A stretch of DNA of 43,247 nt from Candidatus Caldarchaeales archaeon. GTDB taxonomy: Archaea; Thermoproteota; Nitrososphaeria_A; Caldarchaeales; Calditenuaceae. Location: NCBI GenBank assembly GCA_032249095.1, contig JAVVGN010000006.1, positions 1-43,247 on the forward strand, written 5' to 3'. Under the pieces are notes generated by a model. The model was not told the origin of the DNA. It did no database searches and saw nothing but the letters and a program-made list of their open reading frames with translations. Of this stretch, positions 15,282-24,814 are shown piece by piece (positions within the stretch are counted from its first letter, which is position 1; every line of letters starts with the position of its first letter). Position numbers and translations under genes: made by a program.

Positions 15282-16884
15282 AGCGGAAGAAGTCGTCGGA
15301 GCATACCTTTTCCTTCACCCAGAAGCCCTACATATCCCATACAGCCTGCGGGCGCTAAACTACCGCGCCCGCAATCCGCATTTCAAGGAATTACTGGAAG
15401 TTGCCTCGGCAGGGCTATCTGGGGGCGGGGTCAATTTCCGTGCCCACCTATCACCAGACAGCTATCGGTTCTGGAATGACAAATCTTTCTCATTAAGCCT
15501 CTCCCCAACTCACTACGAACAAGTCGCTGATGCCCTGCTCTTCCTCTGCGATGTCGCCCGATATGACTCTCTGCGTACTACCCTAAACGACCTCGCAAGA
15601 AATCTAACCCCCCACAATGTGACCGAAACAATACACTCCCTCTTGGAGCGGACAGCGAGCGTCCTGCACAGTACCAACTGGCGCATTCAATCGGGTAGCC
15701 TCTTGCAGGAGCAATACACAGCACGACTACGCAGCATCTACGAAACCAAGAACTTGCCCCTCTATAGTCACATCCAATTTCTGGACGGTCACGACATTTT
15801 CTTCCCACGCCGAGAATACACCCTCATATCTGGACGAACGGGCTCGGGGAAGACGAGCGTAGCGTGCATCCTAACCTACAACCTCCTTTTCTCGCACGAA
15901 AGGAATGACAGCCACGCAGCACCCCGCCCCCTTAACGTCCTCTACATTTCCTTAGAAGTGCCTTCAGAAGCCATTCTCGCCAAAATCCTTGGCACCTTCA
16001 CCCACAGGTACATCCTCAAGCGCGCTCCGGCAGGCGAACTCCCGCAATTTAGCGACGATGAAATCAAAACCCTAAAGCACTTTGGCTGGAACGATTTTTA
16101 CGCTAAAACCACACCCGAAAAATTTGAATTGACAATGAAGGTCTTAGACGTCTTCAGGGAGAAAGTTGGTGATAGACTGTCTATTTACCATAGCCCTGTC
16201 CTCACTGGCGACGATGTCGTTTTGTTAGTTACATCAAAAGCGCTAGAGCTTGCCGCCGATGGACAAACGCTGGATGTCGTGATCATTGACTTCATTCAAA
16301 ATCTAAGGACTCGCAGTGAAGCAAAGGGGCAAGGAAAAGAGGGGGCATCCCTGTCCCGCGAGATAGGCCACACCATTCAAGAACTCCAGCAAGTATTTAG
16401 CCGATTTGAAATTTGCGGAATAGTTCTATCGCAAGTTAATGACATGGGTGAAGTGCGAGACAGCCGTGTCCTCGAACACCTCGCCGCCGTCCACATCCGC
16501 ATAGGAAATTACTATCGGGATTTCTCTCCTTTGTTTGAAAGATACCTGCGGGGGAGTGGAAAATTTAAGGATGGGAAACCTGTCGATCGTGCCTCCGCAA
16601 GACAACTGGCAGAGACCTTCAACGATATCGCTCAAAAGCTCCCAAACAAGAAACTGCTGGATATTTCTGTCTCTAAAAACCGCTACGGCGATGAGATCAG
16701 AACTCCTCAGATTCTTATGTGGCGCCCTGCCATACCCCTCATAGTGCGAGGCTTCGAGATAGCCGAAGCGATCAAACATCTGGAAGAAGAGCAAGCTAAA
16801 AAGTCGCCAAAGAGTACCACAGAGGAAACGCCGACCCTTGCAGAACCCGAAGATACTACCCCCATAGGTGACTATCCCTTTTAA
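15226..16884 (+). CDS. DnaB/RepA-like replicative helicase (RecA-fold ATPase); the start may be ATG 15247
   Basis: Walker A SGRTGSGKTS, Walker B VVIIDFIQNL, and a GIVLSQVN (SQxN) motif typical of the DnaB C-terminal domain. Confidence 0.75.
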   Translation: MKERQLRMSATTAEKEILEAEEVVGAYLFLHPEALHIPYSLRALNYRARNPHFKELLEVASAGLSGGGVNFRAHLSPDSYRFWNDKSFSLSLSPTHYEQVADALLFLCDVARYDSLRTTLNDLARNLTPHNVTETIHSLLERTASVLHSTNWRIQSGSLLQEQYTARLRSIYETKNLPLYSHIQFLDGHDIFFPRREYTLISGRTGSGKTSVACILTYNLLFSHERNDSHAAPRPLNVLYISLEVPSEAILAKILGTFTHRYILKRAPAGELPQFSDDEIKTLKHFGWNDFYAKTTPEKFELTMKVLDVFREKVGDRLSIYHSPVLTGDDVVLLVTSKALELAADGQTLDVVIIDFIQNLRTRSEAKGQGKEGASLSREIGHTIQELQQVFSRFEICGIVLSQVNDMGEVRDSRVLEHLAAVHIRIGNYYRDFSPLFERYLRGSGKFKDGKPVDRASARQLAETFNDIAQKLPNKKLLDISVSKNRYGDEIRTPQILMWRPAIPLIVRGFEIAEAIKHLEEEQAKKSPKSTTEETPTLAEPEDTTPIGDYPF

Positions 16885-16948
16885 TTCCAGCCGCTGTATA
16901 ATTTAGCAGGCGATAGCACATCCGACATAAAGGAAGGAGGGTAACACG

Positions 16949-18133
16949 ATGCTCGTAAGAGCGGGCGACCTTTTGAAGGCGCTCCAGTTCCTTCACGCGG
17001 CTTCGTCGGCGCTCGGCAGCAAATACTTCGCAAACTACTTTTCTTTGGAAAGTGAAAATGGCCTTCTGCGGATGAGAACCTCGTCACCTAACGGAGCAGC
17101 GGAAGCGACAATAGAGCCTACCGGTGAGGCAGAACCAATAAGCGTCGTGACGACGACAAAAATCTTCCGCCTGCTCCAGTTCATCCCCCAATCAACAGAT
17201 ATTGAACTGATACCCGACGAAGGGGAGATTAAAATTCGCGCCGACCGAAGTACATGGCATATTCCCTTAATGAACGTTGAAGCACCGTTTATGCCCGAAC
17301 TACCTGAGGAGGCAGCTCTTGCCATCCTGGAGGTTGAAGGCAAATGGGGAATGTTTCAGTCCTTCCTCTCCGCCGTCGCTCCCTATACGGAAGGGTCGGG
17401 GTCCTATCAACAGCCGTCCGTTTACTTCCAAATAGACCCTACCGAAGGAATCTGCTATGGAGTAGGAACGAATAGAGCGGAAGCCCTGATAGAACGGATC
17501 CCCGTTGAAGCTAACGGACAAGCTGAAATCTTACTGCCTTACGAAACTCTAAAGCCAATTATCAATAAAGCCACGCCATCGCGGGTGGAAATCTACCAGT
17601 CGGGCGCCAAATTTGTCGGCGCAACCTGGTGGCTTTACGTACCAGCCCTTAGCCTTGAAATAGCAGACCAGCGCCGCTTCCGACGCATCTACGAAAAAGT
17701 CAACGATGAAACGATTAGAGTCTCCCTGGCTATGGAACGGACGGAATTGCTCTTGGCGATGCAGCGACTCCAAGCATTGGCAGACCTAAGCGGCGCCGTC
17801 AAATATATGACAGGCAGCATAGAAGTCCACATCCAACCCCACTCCGAAAGGGAAATCCACCTGTCCGCCTATGCCCTTGGCGGGACGCTCCTCTCAGAAG
17901 AAGTTATCCCCACAGCGGAGGCAGTTGTATGGCCGGAAGATATTGAGCCCCCGCTGCGAATAGGCAGCAGAAGCATCCAAAATGCCCTCAACACCTTCAA
18001 TAAATCGACGATTATCCAATTCGATTTCGCTTACGACAGCGATAAGAAAGGTCCGACCATTGCACGGGTGACATCGCCACTGCAGCCACACCGAGAAGTC
18101 TACTTCGCCCTGTTAATGAAAGGCGAATCCTAA
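16949..18133 (+). CDS. DNA polymerase sliding clamp (beta-clamp/DnaN-like)
   Basis: 394 aa with GGAGGG upstream. The N-terminus (DLLKALQFLHAASSALGSK) and the segment IKIRADRSTWHIPLMNVEAPFMPEL parallel the DnaN pattern (..LLKPLQ.. and ..RSGRSRFSLSTLPAADFPNL..). Three-domain length. Confidence 0.65.
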   Translation: MLVRAGDLLKALQFLHAASSALGSKYFANYFSLESENGLLRMRTSSPNGAAEATIEPTGEAEPISVVTTTKIFRLLQFIPQSTDIELIPDEGEIKIRADRSTWHIPLMNVEAPFMPELPEEAALAILEVEGKWGMFQSFLSAVAPYTEGSGSYQQPSVYFQIDPTEGICYGVGTNRAEALIERIPVEANGQAEILLPYETLKPIINKATPSRVEIYQSGAKFVGATWWLYVPALSLEIADQRRFRRIYEKVNDETIRVSLAMERTELLLAMQRLQALADLSGAVKYMTGSIEVHIQPHSEREIHLSAYALGGTLLSEEVIPTAEAVVWPEDIEPPLRIGSRSIQNALNTFNKSTIIQFDFAYDSDKKGPTIARVTSPLQPHREVYFALLMKGES

Positions 18134-18162
18134 CCGAGCAAGTAAGGGGGAAGAGTACCGAG

Positions 18163-19218
18163 ATGGTGTGGGATGTATCGCCATCCGACCTTTATAACTA
18201 CCTCAAGGAAGATTTGCAGTTAGGAAGGAAATGCCCCATCATCTTCATTTGGGGGCAGCCTGGTATCGGCAAGACGATGATTGTCCAGCAGCTTGCCCAA
18301 GAATTGGGTTACCACCTTGTCGTTTTAGAGGTTTCCACCATCCACCCTTATGCCCTCTCAGGTATCCCCGTTCCCAATATCCGCCGCAGGATGGTGGAAT
18401 TACTACCTCTCCGCTTCGTTGAAGAAGTGCGACAACATGAAAAGGAGGACTGCATTATCTTTCTGGACGATTTCGGCGCTGCCGACCCCTACCAACAACG
18501 AATCGCCCTCGCACTGACAACCTACCGAGCCATTGGAGATACCGCCCTACCCCCAACAGCGAGGTTAGTCATCGCAACAAATCGCGAGGAGGACGCCGCC
18601 TATGTCATCACGCCATCCTATGCCATCCTTAACCGCGTGAAGCACTACAACTTGGTGCCGAAGTTTGAAGACTGGGTGAGTTGGATGCACCGCCACTATT
18701 CCCAAACCAAGCCGACACTGCTGGAGCTAGTCGTCTCCTTCCTCACTGCATACCCTTCACACTTCTGTTGGACGCCAGAAACGGCGATAAAGAAGCGGAC
18801 AGCAGCATATCCGACGCCGAGGTCTTGGGCAAACTTTATAGCAAATACACCTGAAGAGGCTATCCAAAACCCTAAGGAAATAGGCCAACGGTGCTCTTTT
18901 TGGGTGGGAAAGGAAACCGCTACCGAATTTTATAAGTTCTGCTTAGTTCCACAAGACGAAGTAAAAGCAATCCTTCGCAACCCTAAACTGATAAGGCAGA
19001 AAAGTAGAGTCTGGCAAATCCTGTTTATCACCCACATTATTGAGACTATGTATAAATCGGGGAAGGCAATTGACACGAAAGGCTTAGAGGATCTCCTGAA
19101 GAATGTGTCTAACGATGTCCTCGCCGCTGTCCTTCCCAACCTACAAGGAGACCCAGAATTAGAAAAGCTGCGTGCCCAACTCAGCCTTCAAATCGTCTCA
19201 GGGAAGAAAACCGATTGA
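18163..19218 (+). CDS. AAA-type ATPase (MoxR/AAA_5-like); a clamp-loader-type role is possible from context only
   Basis: Walker A GQPGIGKTM, Walker B IIFLDDFG, followed by VIATNREED. Confidence 0.7.
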   Translation: MVWDVSPSDLYNYLKEDLQLGRKCPIIFIWGQPGIGKTMIVQQLAQELGYHLVVLEVSTIHPYALSGIPVPNIRRRMVELLPLRFVEEVRQHEKEDCIIFLDDFGAADPYQQRIALALTTYRAIGDTALPPTARLVIATNREEDAAYVITPSYAILNRVKHYNLVPKFEDWVSWMHRHYSQTKPTLLELVVSFLTAYPSHFCWTPETAIKKRTAAYPTPRSWANFIANTPEEAIQNPKEIGQRCSFWVGKETATEFYKFCLVPQDEVKAILRNPKLIRQKSRVWQILFITHIIETMYKSGKAIDTKGLEDLLKNVSNDVLAAVLPNLQGDPELEKLRAQLSLQIVSGKKTD

Positions 19219-20210
19219 AGATACTCCCACCCATCCTCTGGTCTATTACTCCAGATGACTTTCGCAAATGCCTGCAACCACGGATGATAGAACAATTCCA
19301 AATGGGGTGTTACCACAACGACGGGGCGCTCATTAAACGCCGCGCAGAGAATCTCCATCGCTATACCGATAGATGGCTTCTCCAACCAGAAAAAGGCAGC
19401 GTGCGCTTGACTAATAAGGCTAATATCTCCGACGACGAGCTCCCGTGACGCCACGGAAAAAGGCATTTCGGAGATCATCTTGGCCCAACGACGGCGGTCA
19501 GTCGCATCCACGGGCGTTAGAGGGTCAAACCCATAATCCATCCCAATATCGGAGAGAGCGAGAAACGCCTTCTCAAAAACCCGCTCTCCATGTATGTTCG
19601 TGCCGACATATACCTTAGGCCTACTCGCCGGCTCACCGAAATGTTCCTTCAGGTAAAGAAGAATTTGGCTTAAGACCCAGCGACGGTTGTCGTCCAAGAC
19701 CTCTATGTAATAATCGCACAAGTGGGGAGATAACTGTTCGCTCGGGTGAGGGTCAGAAGGCGCATCGATATAATTGAGGTAAATAACCTTGCCTCCTGAT
19801 GAGCGAACGAAATCTACCTCGTTGGGAAAACGAACATCTGGAATAACGCACCGAGGTAAGTCGCCAAAGTTTGCCTGCCAACACCGAATCCACAAATCCG
19901 CTTCATCAGTAAGCGACCGCCCCGCCATTCCGCAATCCTGAAGACGCCGCCGCACCTCACCTACCCACTGGGGACGAAACGCCATAGCAGAGTAAATGTA
20001 TGACGCTCCTCCCTTAATCGCCGCAGCGAAAGGAGCAACCGCCGCACCATAGTGACCGGCAATAACCCAAGCCATCGTCGTCTTGCCACTCCTCTGCTTA
20101 CCCGCAAGCCCAACGAGGAACTTGCTGGGGCGCTTGTAGACATACAACTCCTCAACAATGCCAACAGGTACTTCCATCATCAGCGGGCACGACGAGCCGT
20201 GCCCTCTCAC
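19188..20210 (-). CDS. Fusion of a phage-type dNMP kinase (P-loop) and a nucleoside 2-deoxyribosyltransferase-like domain
   Basis: N-terminal half: GLAGKQRSGKTT...RRRLQDCG...VIPDVRFPNEVDFVRSSGGKVIYL, a T4 gp1-like pattern. C-terminal half: KVYVGTNIHG...PSIGIAMEILCAAFNERPVVVV, a deoxyribosyltransferase-like pattern. The second domain call is tentative. Confidence 0.55.
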   Translation of the reverse strand: MRGHGSSCPLMMEVPVGIVEELYVYKRPSKFLVGLAGKQRSGKTTMAWVIAGHYGAAVAPFAAAIKGGASYIYSAMAFRPQWVGEVRRRLQDCGMAGRSLTDEADLWIRCWQANFGDLPRCVIPDVRFPNEVDFVRSSGGKVIYLNYIDAPSDPHPSEQLSPHLCDYYIEVLDDNRRWVLSQILLYLKEHFGEPASRPKVYVGTNIHGERVFEKAFLALSDIGMDYGFDPLTPVDATDRRRWAKMISEMPFSVASRELVVGDISLISQAHAAFFWLEKPSIGIAMEILCAAFNERPVVVVTPHLELFYHPWLQAFAKVIWSNRPEDGWEYLQSVFFPETI

Positions 20211-20214
20211 CTCC

Positions 20215-21069
20215 TTACGATTGCTGGTTATCAGAAAATATATCTACCAACCCCACGCTGAGGTTATGGTAGATGTAATCGACATATCGCCTATTTATAT
20301 CAATACCCCAAGCGACCCGATTCAAGCGCAAGGCAGTGTAAAGGGTAATGCCACTTCCAGCAAAGGGGTCAAGAACCGTATCCCCAACAAAAGAGAACAT
20401 CTTGATAAGACGGTACGGAATCTCAGGTGGAAAGGGAGCAGGACAAATATCGCGCCGCCGGTTCGGCGGGAGTTGCCAGATGCCTGTGGACGCCCATACG
20501 AATTCCTCCTTCGTCAATTTGCTTGCCTCCCTGATTTCATCCGCTGCGATGGCAGGCCGATACTTACCACCCTTCTGAAAGATAAGGATATATTCATAAA
20601 AAGTGCAAACGGGAATGTTAGGAGGATAAGGAAACGACCCATAAAGGTGAAGCGCCCCGCCAGAAGCATGATGCGCCCGTAATTGCTCGTAAAGAAAACT
20701 CCCCTTATAGATCAGCCCGCATTCCTTCTCCAAGTAAACAATAATGTGGGCATGCGTCGGCAAACACCTATTGACCTTTTCGTACTTTAGATTTGTCCAA
20801 GAATCGGCAATATTAATACATAGCTTCCCGCCACGGACTACGACGCGGGCGCATTCCCTTAAGATAGCGAGCAGCTTGGCTAAATACTCCTCCCAAGTAG
20901 GCTGGTTTTCTAAATCATCCGCCAAATCCGTGTAGTATCCTGACCGTATGTAGTAGGGAGGCGATGTTACCACAAGGTGAACGCACTCGTCAGGAAAAGT
21001 CTGGAGAATGGGCAAAGCATCCCCCGCCCAAAGCTTCCAACGCTCTCCCGCATACGTCGGTTGAATCAA
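20215..21069 (-). CDS. DNA methyltransferase (N6-adenine/N4-cytosine, beta-class motif order)
   Basis: VVTSPPYY (motif IV) precedes DPFAGSGIT (motif I). Confidence 0.85.
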   Translation of the reverse strand: MIQPTYAGERWKLWAGDALPILQTFPDECVHLVVTSPPYYIRSGYYTDLADDLENQPTWEEYLAKLLAILRECARVVVRGGKLCINIADSWTNLKYEKVNRCLPTHAHIIVYLEKECGLIYKGSFLYEQLRAHHASGGALHLYGSFPYPPNIPVCTFYEYILIFQKGGKYRPAIAADEIREASKLTKEEFVWASTGIWQLPPNRRRDICPAPFPPEIPYRLIKMFSFVGDTVLDPFAGSGITLYTALRLNRVAWGIDINRRYVDYIYHNLSVGLVDIFSDNQQS

Positions 21070-21204
21070 TTAAAACCCTCCTTTCCTCGCTGGCTGCTTC
21101 AAGCGACCGGCTGGCAGGTTGAAATTTTAGCACCGCCGTGTTATAACTGTGGGTGGCGAGACTGCCGAATAATATACTCGGGACGCCGAAAGGAGGAAAA
21201 AGCG

Positions 21205-21900
21205 ATGGCACGCCGTAAGCCTGACGCTAATCAGATGACGGACGAAGAAATCATCGCCCGCCTGACGCGGGACGAGGCGGTAGAGATACTCTTGGAGCGG
21301 TACGAGGGGTACCTGTGGCAAATGGCGCGAACGCGGTGGGAGCAAACAACAGGTAAGGAGTTTGTGCCCTTAGAAGACCTTGTTTCCGCAGCTAAGCTGG
21401 GCTTTATCGTTGCCGTCCGAGAATTTAACCTATCAATGGGCGTCAAATTTCTCACCTACTTTGTTACCGTCGTCAACAACCACATCCTCAAAGAGATTCA
21501 AAACTTCATGCCCCTCTCTTTCGGCACTTGGAGCCAAAAGACGGAAGCGGAAAAGGAGGAAATCGCCCAAGTCCTAAAGTCAATCCAAAGCCTCAACAAC
21601 AACGACAACCCTTATTCCCTTGATGAAGACACCCCGTTGCTTGAGGAAGAAATTCCCGACGAAGCCGACTTAGAGGAACAGGGGCGGCGGGAATTGCGTT
21701 GGATACTAAGGAATGCTGTCCGTCGCCTGCCACCCGCCGAACGACAAGTCATTACCTTAATCTATGGCTTGCGAGGGGGTAACCCACTATCACCCAAGGA
21801 AGTCGCAAAAATACTCGGTTACACCCCGAAATCAGTCAGCGTCATACTAAATAGGGCGACACAACGGCTTAAAAAGATATTATCGGAGCCCCTGACATAA
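21205..21900 (+). CDS. Sigma-70 family RNA polymerase sigma factor (no. 1)
   Basis: AAAGGAGG RBS. Region 2: EDLVSAAKLGFIVAVREFN..FLTYFVTVV. Region 4 HTH: LPPAERQVITLIYGL..SPKEVAKILGYTPKSVSVILNRATQRLKK. Confidence 0.8.
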   Translation: MARRKPDANQMTDEEIIARLTRDEAVEILLERYEGYLWQMARTRWEQTTGKEFVPLEDLVSAAKLGFIVAVREFNLSMGVKFLTYFVTVVNNHILKEIQNFMPLSFGTWSQKTEAEKEEIAQVLKSIQSLNNNDNPYSLDEDTPLLEEEIPDEADLEEQGRRELRWILRNAVRRLPPAERQVITLIYGLRGGNPLSPKEVAKILGYTPKSVSVILNRATQRLKKILSEPLT

Positions 21901-22953
21901 GGGATGGTTACGAAGCCTTTCGGCGGCTCGGCGAACAAGCTGCATCGCCCGTTGGCGGGAGATCCCCATCTTCTTGCCGACAGCAAGAAAGCTACCGGCG
22001 CATTCTTTGTCCTCAAATCCGCAATAAAGCATCAATGCCCGACGCTCTCGCTCTGGTAAGCTTTCCAAGAGCTGACGAAGTATCCTCGACCGTTCTCTCC
22101 TCAGCACGTCTTCCTCCACTTCATCCGTGCTGGCCCATTCAATATCCAAAATTTCTTCCACCATCGTTTCATCGTCGTCAGCAGTAAGGCGTCTGTCCAT
22201 ATCAGGCGGCTGCTGTAAGGAAATAAGCGTCGGTCCAGCTAACAGCCCATAATCGTCCTTTGAAAGGCTCATCTCTTGTAACAAGTCTATGAATTCCTCG
22301 TCGCTTAACTTTCGGATATCAATCCCGCGCTCAGCTAAAAAGCGGCGAAGACGCGACCACCTACCCAACAACCTCGTAGAAAACCGAATCCCGCCGTGAC
22401 GGTGACTATAATTGAGCAATTTCCTCCCGATCTCTTGATGAATCCACCAAATAGCAATCGTGGAGAACTTCGTTCCTTCATTAACACTGTAGTGGTCTAT
22501 TGCCTTGCCCAGCCCAATGACGCCTTCATAAAAAAGGTCTTCAAATTGCATCCCCTCAAATTTGGGGAACTTCGCCAAAACGGCGGCAACCAGCCGAAGG
22601 TTGTGATTGAATAACTTCTCTCGGATACGCTCCGCCTCCTCAACGACCGCGCGGCCCGCCTCTGGAAGATCGTCCTTTCCTTCCCAAAGCATCTGCCACA
22701 CCTCTTCGTAGGAACGATTAAGCTTGGTAGATACATAGCGAATGTAAGCAGCAATAGCTTCGCCTGGCTTCTTTCGACGAATGGTAACACCGAATTCCTT
22801 CTTCACACGACGCACCAATGCCGACGCCAATAAAGACATCGCCAAGTCATAGCAACGGAAAAGCAACTGCTCCTCCTCAGGCCCCAACGGTTCATAAGCC
22901 TTCAACCACTGTTGGATCTCTGAAGAGATATCGTATAGCAAGGCACCTTGCAT
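21880..22953 (-). CDS. Sigma-70 family RNA polymerase sigma factor (no. 2)
   Basis: GGAGGGAAGGAG RBS before ATG 22953. Region 2: FEDLFYEGVIGLGKAIDHYS..FSTIAIWWIHQEI. Region 4: LPERERRALMLYCGF..KKMGISRQRAMQLVRRAAERLR. Confidence 0.8.
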   Translation of the reverse strand: MQGALLYDISSEIQQWLKAYEPLGPEEEQLLFRCYDLAMSLLASALVRRVKKEFGVTIRRKKPGEAIAAYIRYVSTKLNRSYEEVWQMLWEGKDDLPEAGRAVVEEAERIREKLFNHNLRLVAAVLAKFPKFEGMQFEDLFYEGVIGLGKAIDHYSVNEGTKFSTIAIWWIHQEIGRKLLNYSHRHGGIRFSTRLLGRWSRLRRFLAERGIDIRKLSDEEFIDLLQEMSLSKDDYGLLAGPTLISLQQPPDMDRRLTADDDETMVEEILDIEWASTDEVEEDVLRRERSRILRQLLESLPERERRALMLYCGFEDKECAGSFLAVGKKMGISRQRAMQLVRRAAERLRNHPLCQGLR

Positions 22954-23000
22954 GCCTTTCTCCTTCCCTCCTGTTGAAGTCAAAGGATTAGCAGTGCCAA

Positions 23001-24275
23001 TCAGAAACCTGCCTTCTCCTCTCCTGCTGAGAGGACCCCCTTCAAACGACGCGGCCGTGACCACTTCGCCATGTCCTTAAGAAGCGCCTTAACATCTTCC
23101 GCCGAAACCGCCCCTCCAAATTTTGCCATACGGCTAATCTTGTGAGCGAGCGCAGCACACTCGGCGTGGGTCCGCCCCTCGAAATATTTCTCATCTACTC
23201 CTGCTGGAGGCTCCACACCCAACCTCCTACAATGATATTCGAAAACCTTCCACCCCAGATGCCCGTCCTGCAGCGGCAGGACTTCCACCAGTTCGTCCAA
23301 ACGCACCGGCCGCAAAAATGCTGGGTCTATCGCGTGCGGTCGGTTAGTCGTAAAAATCATCCCCCAAGAAGCATATGACCGATAGGCATAACCATCAAGC
23401 AACTGAAGAAAATGAATGAGCTCTCGCGTCGGCTGCTCCTCTCGATCCTGTATTAAGAACTCGCATTCATCAAAAATGAATAAGACTAAAGGAAACATCT
23501 TGATAGCTTCGTAAACAAAATCGATTCCTGTGACACCCGAAGAAAAAACTACCAGCGCCCTTTTCTTCTCAACGGCATACTGGGCAAGGAGGGTAGCGAA
23601 AAGGCTTTTCCCCGTGCCAGGCGGGCCAGCAAGGAGAGCACTAAAGTGCATCCCACTGGCAGGATTATCCGCGATAACATCAACCATGTGGATAATTCGT
23701 CGAAGGGCAAGCGCAGTGGCAGAGGGATAGAAAGAAAGGAACTCCTCTAAAGTTATCTCCGCTTCACCCAAAGGTGATACTTCGTCGCCGATATCGGCGC
23801 CGCCCAATTCCTCTTCTTCATCCTCTACGTCATCATCAAAAGCACTCTGCCATGAAACGTTGCAGACGGCCCCACGTGATTCCTCGCGCAACGCATTAAG
23901 AAATGCTTCGTACAGTGAGGCAGGGCTCTCCTTCGCTTCATCCACGAAAAATCGGAAGTATTGATGAAACGCCGTTTCCGCAATTTCCAAGACGACATTA
24001 GGAGAACAGCGCCAGTAACCCGCAACGAACTCATAGGAGCGAGGGTCCCACCTCAGCGATGAAATATTGACCTTTGTATAAGGAACAATCTCGGGGTAGA
24101 GCCGCCGCAAAGCGCGTCCAGCGATGTGGCGAAAAGCATGGGGAACAGTAATAACAACTAAACGGGGCTTTTCCATTTCCCTGACAATCGTAAGGTCGTA
24201 ATCAATCCGGCGATCCGTCTTATCTATAACCCAATTTTTGGTAGGGTCTATTTCCTTTAACACTTTCTCATCCAT
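23001..24275 (-). CDS. AAA+ ATPase (classic clade)
   Basis: Walker A LLAGPPGTGKSL, Walker B VLFIFDECE, second region of homology FTTNRPHAIDPAFLRPVRLDE. Confidence 0.8.
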   Translation of the reverse strand: MDEKVLKEIDPTKNWVIDKTDRRIDYDLTIVREMEKPRLVVITVPHAFRHIAGRALRRLYPEIVPYTKVNISSLRWDPRSYEFVAGYWRCSPNVVLEIAETAFHQYFRFFVDEAKESPASLYEAFLNALREESRGAVCNVSWQSAFDDDVEDEEEELGGADIGDEVSPLGEAEITLEEFLSFYPSATALALRRIIHMVDVIADNPASGMHFSALLAGPPGTGKSLFATLLAQYAVEKKRALVVFSSGVTGIDFVYEAIKMFPLVLFIFDECEFLIQDREEQPTRELIHFLQLLDGYAYRSYASWGMIFTTNRPHAIDPAFLRPVRLDELVEVLPLQDGHLGWKVFEYHCRRLGVEPPAGVDEKYFEGRTHAECAALAHKISRMAKFGGAVSAEDVKALLKDMAKWSRPRRLKGVLSAGEEKAGF

Positions 24276-24347
24276 AAATATTGGGCACGAAAGATTGCTT
24301 CCCCACCCAGACCACTATAGAAGGAACGTGCCCAATCACCTCCTTCC
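24276..24347 (-). promoter_or_regulatory. Candidate split ribosome-binding site: strong SD, 10-bp hairpin, then AUUU-AUG of the AAA+ gene
   Basis: mRNA sense: GGAAGGAGGUG (24347-24337), AUUGGGCACG (24336-24327), 37-nt loop, CGUGCCCAAU (24289-24280), AUUU, AUG (24275-24273). No SD lies next to the AUG in linear sequence. Confidence 0.35.
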
Positions 24348-24418
24348 GATTAAATTGTAGGTTACAAAGCGACCGCAGGCAACCCACCCCCTCAACCAGA
24401 CAGTAAGCGGTAACTGCC

Positions 24419-24811
24419 CTACCCCACTAACCAGTCAAGTGCTTCCTTCGCCCATTCCCCGTTCTTTTCGTAAAGGTTGTATATCATCTGAATCTCCCTA
24501 TCACTATATCCCTCTTGTCTGAGTCTTTCTTCTTCTTCCCTTACTTCTGCTAATTTCTGTTCTACTAGCTGTTCTACGACTTCCTTTGCCCTTTCACCAA
24601 GCTGTCGAGACAAGGGACCTGGCGGCTCCTCGGAAATGCCAAATATCCACCGATGCGCTTGGATTATATAATCCAATAATTTGCCCAGCCCGACGCTCTC
24701 CCACTCCTGCCGTCGGTAAACGCCGAGGGTGGCTAACGCTGACATAAGACGCCCGATAACCGACCTTACTTCCTCCTTTTCCTTTGGAAACGCACCTTTC
24801 ACGATGCTCAA
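24419..24811 (-). CDS. Hypothetical protein (130 aa)
   Basis: ORF in a co-directional gene string with a 3-nt gap to the upstream gene. Confidence 0.5.
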   Translation of the reverse strand: MSIVKGAFPKEKEEVRSVIGRLMSALATLGVYRRQEWESVGLGKLLDYIIQAHRWIFGISEEPPGPLSRQLGERAKEVVEQLVEQKLAEVREEEERLRQEGYSDREIQMIYNLYEKNGEWAKEALDWLVG

Positions 24812-24814
24812 GGC

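Noticed and set aside
20158-20682. 174-aa plus-strand ORF
   Set aside because: It is antisense to the methyltransferase gene 20215-21069. This is a shadow ORF.
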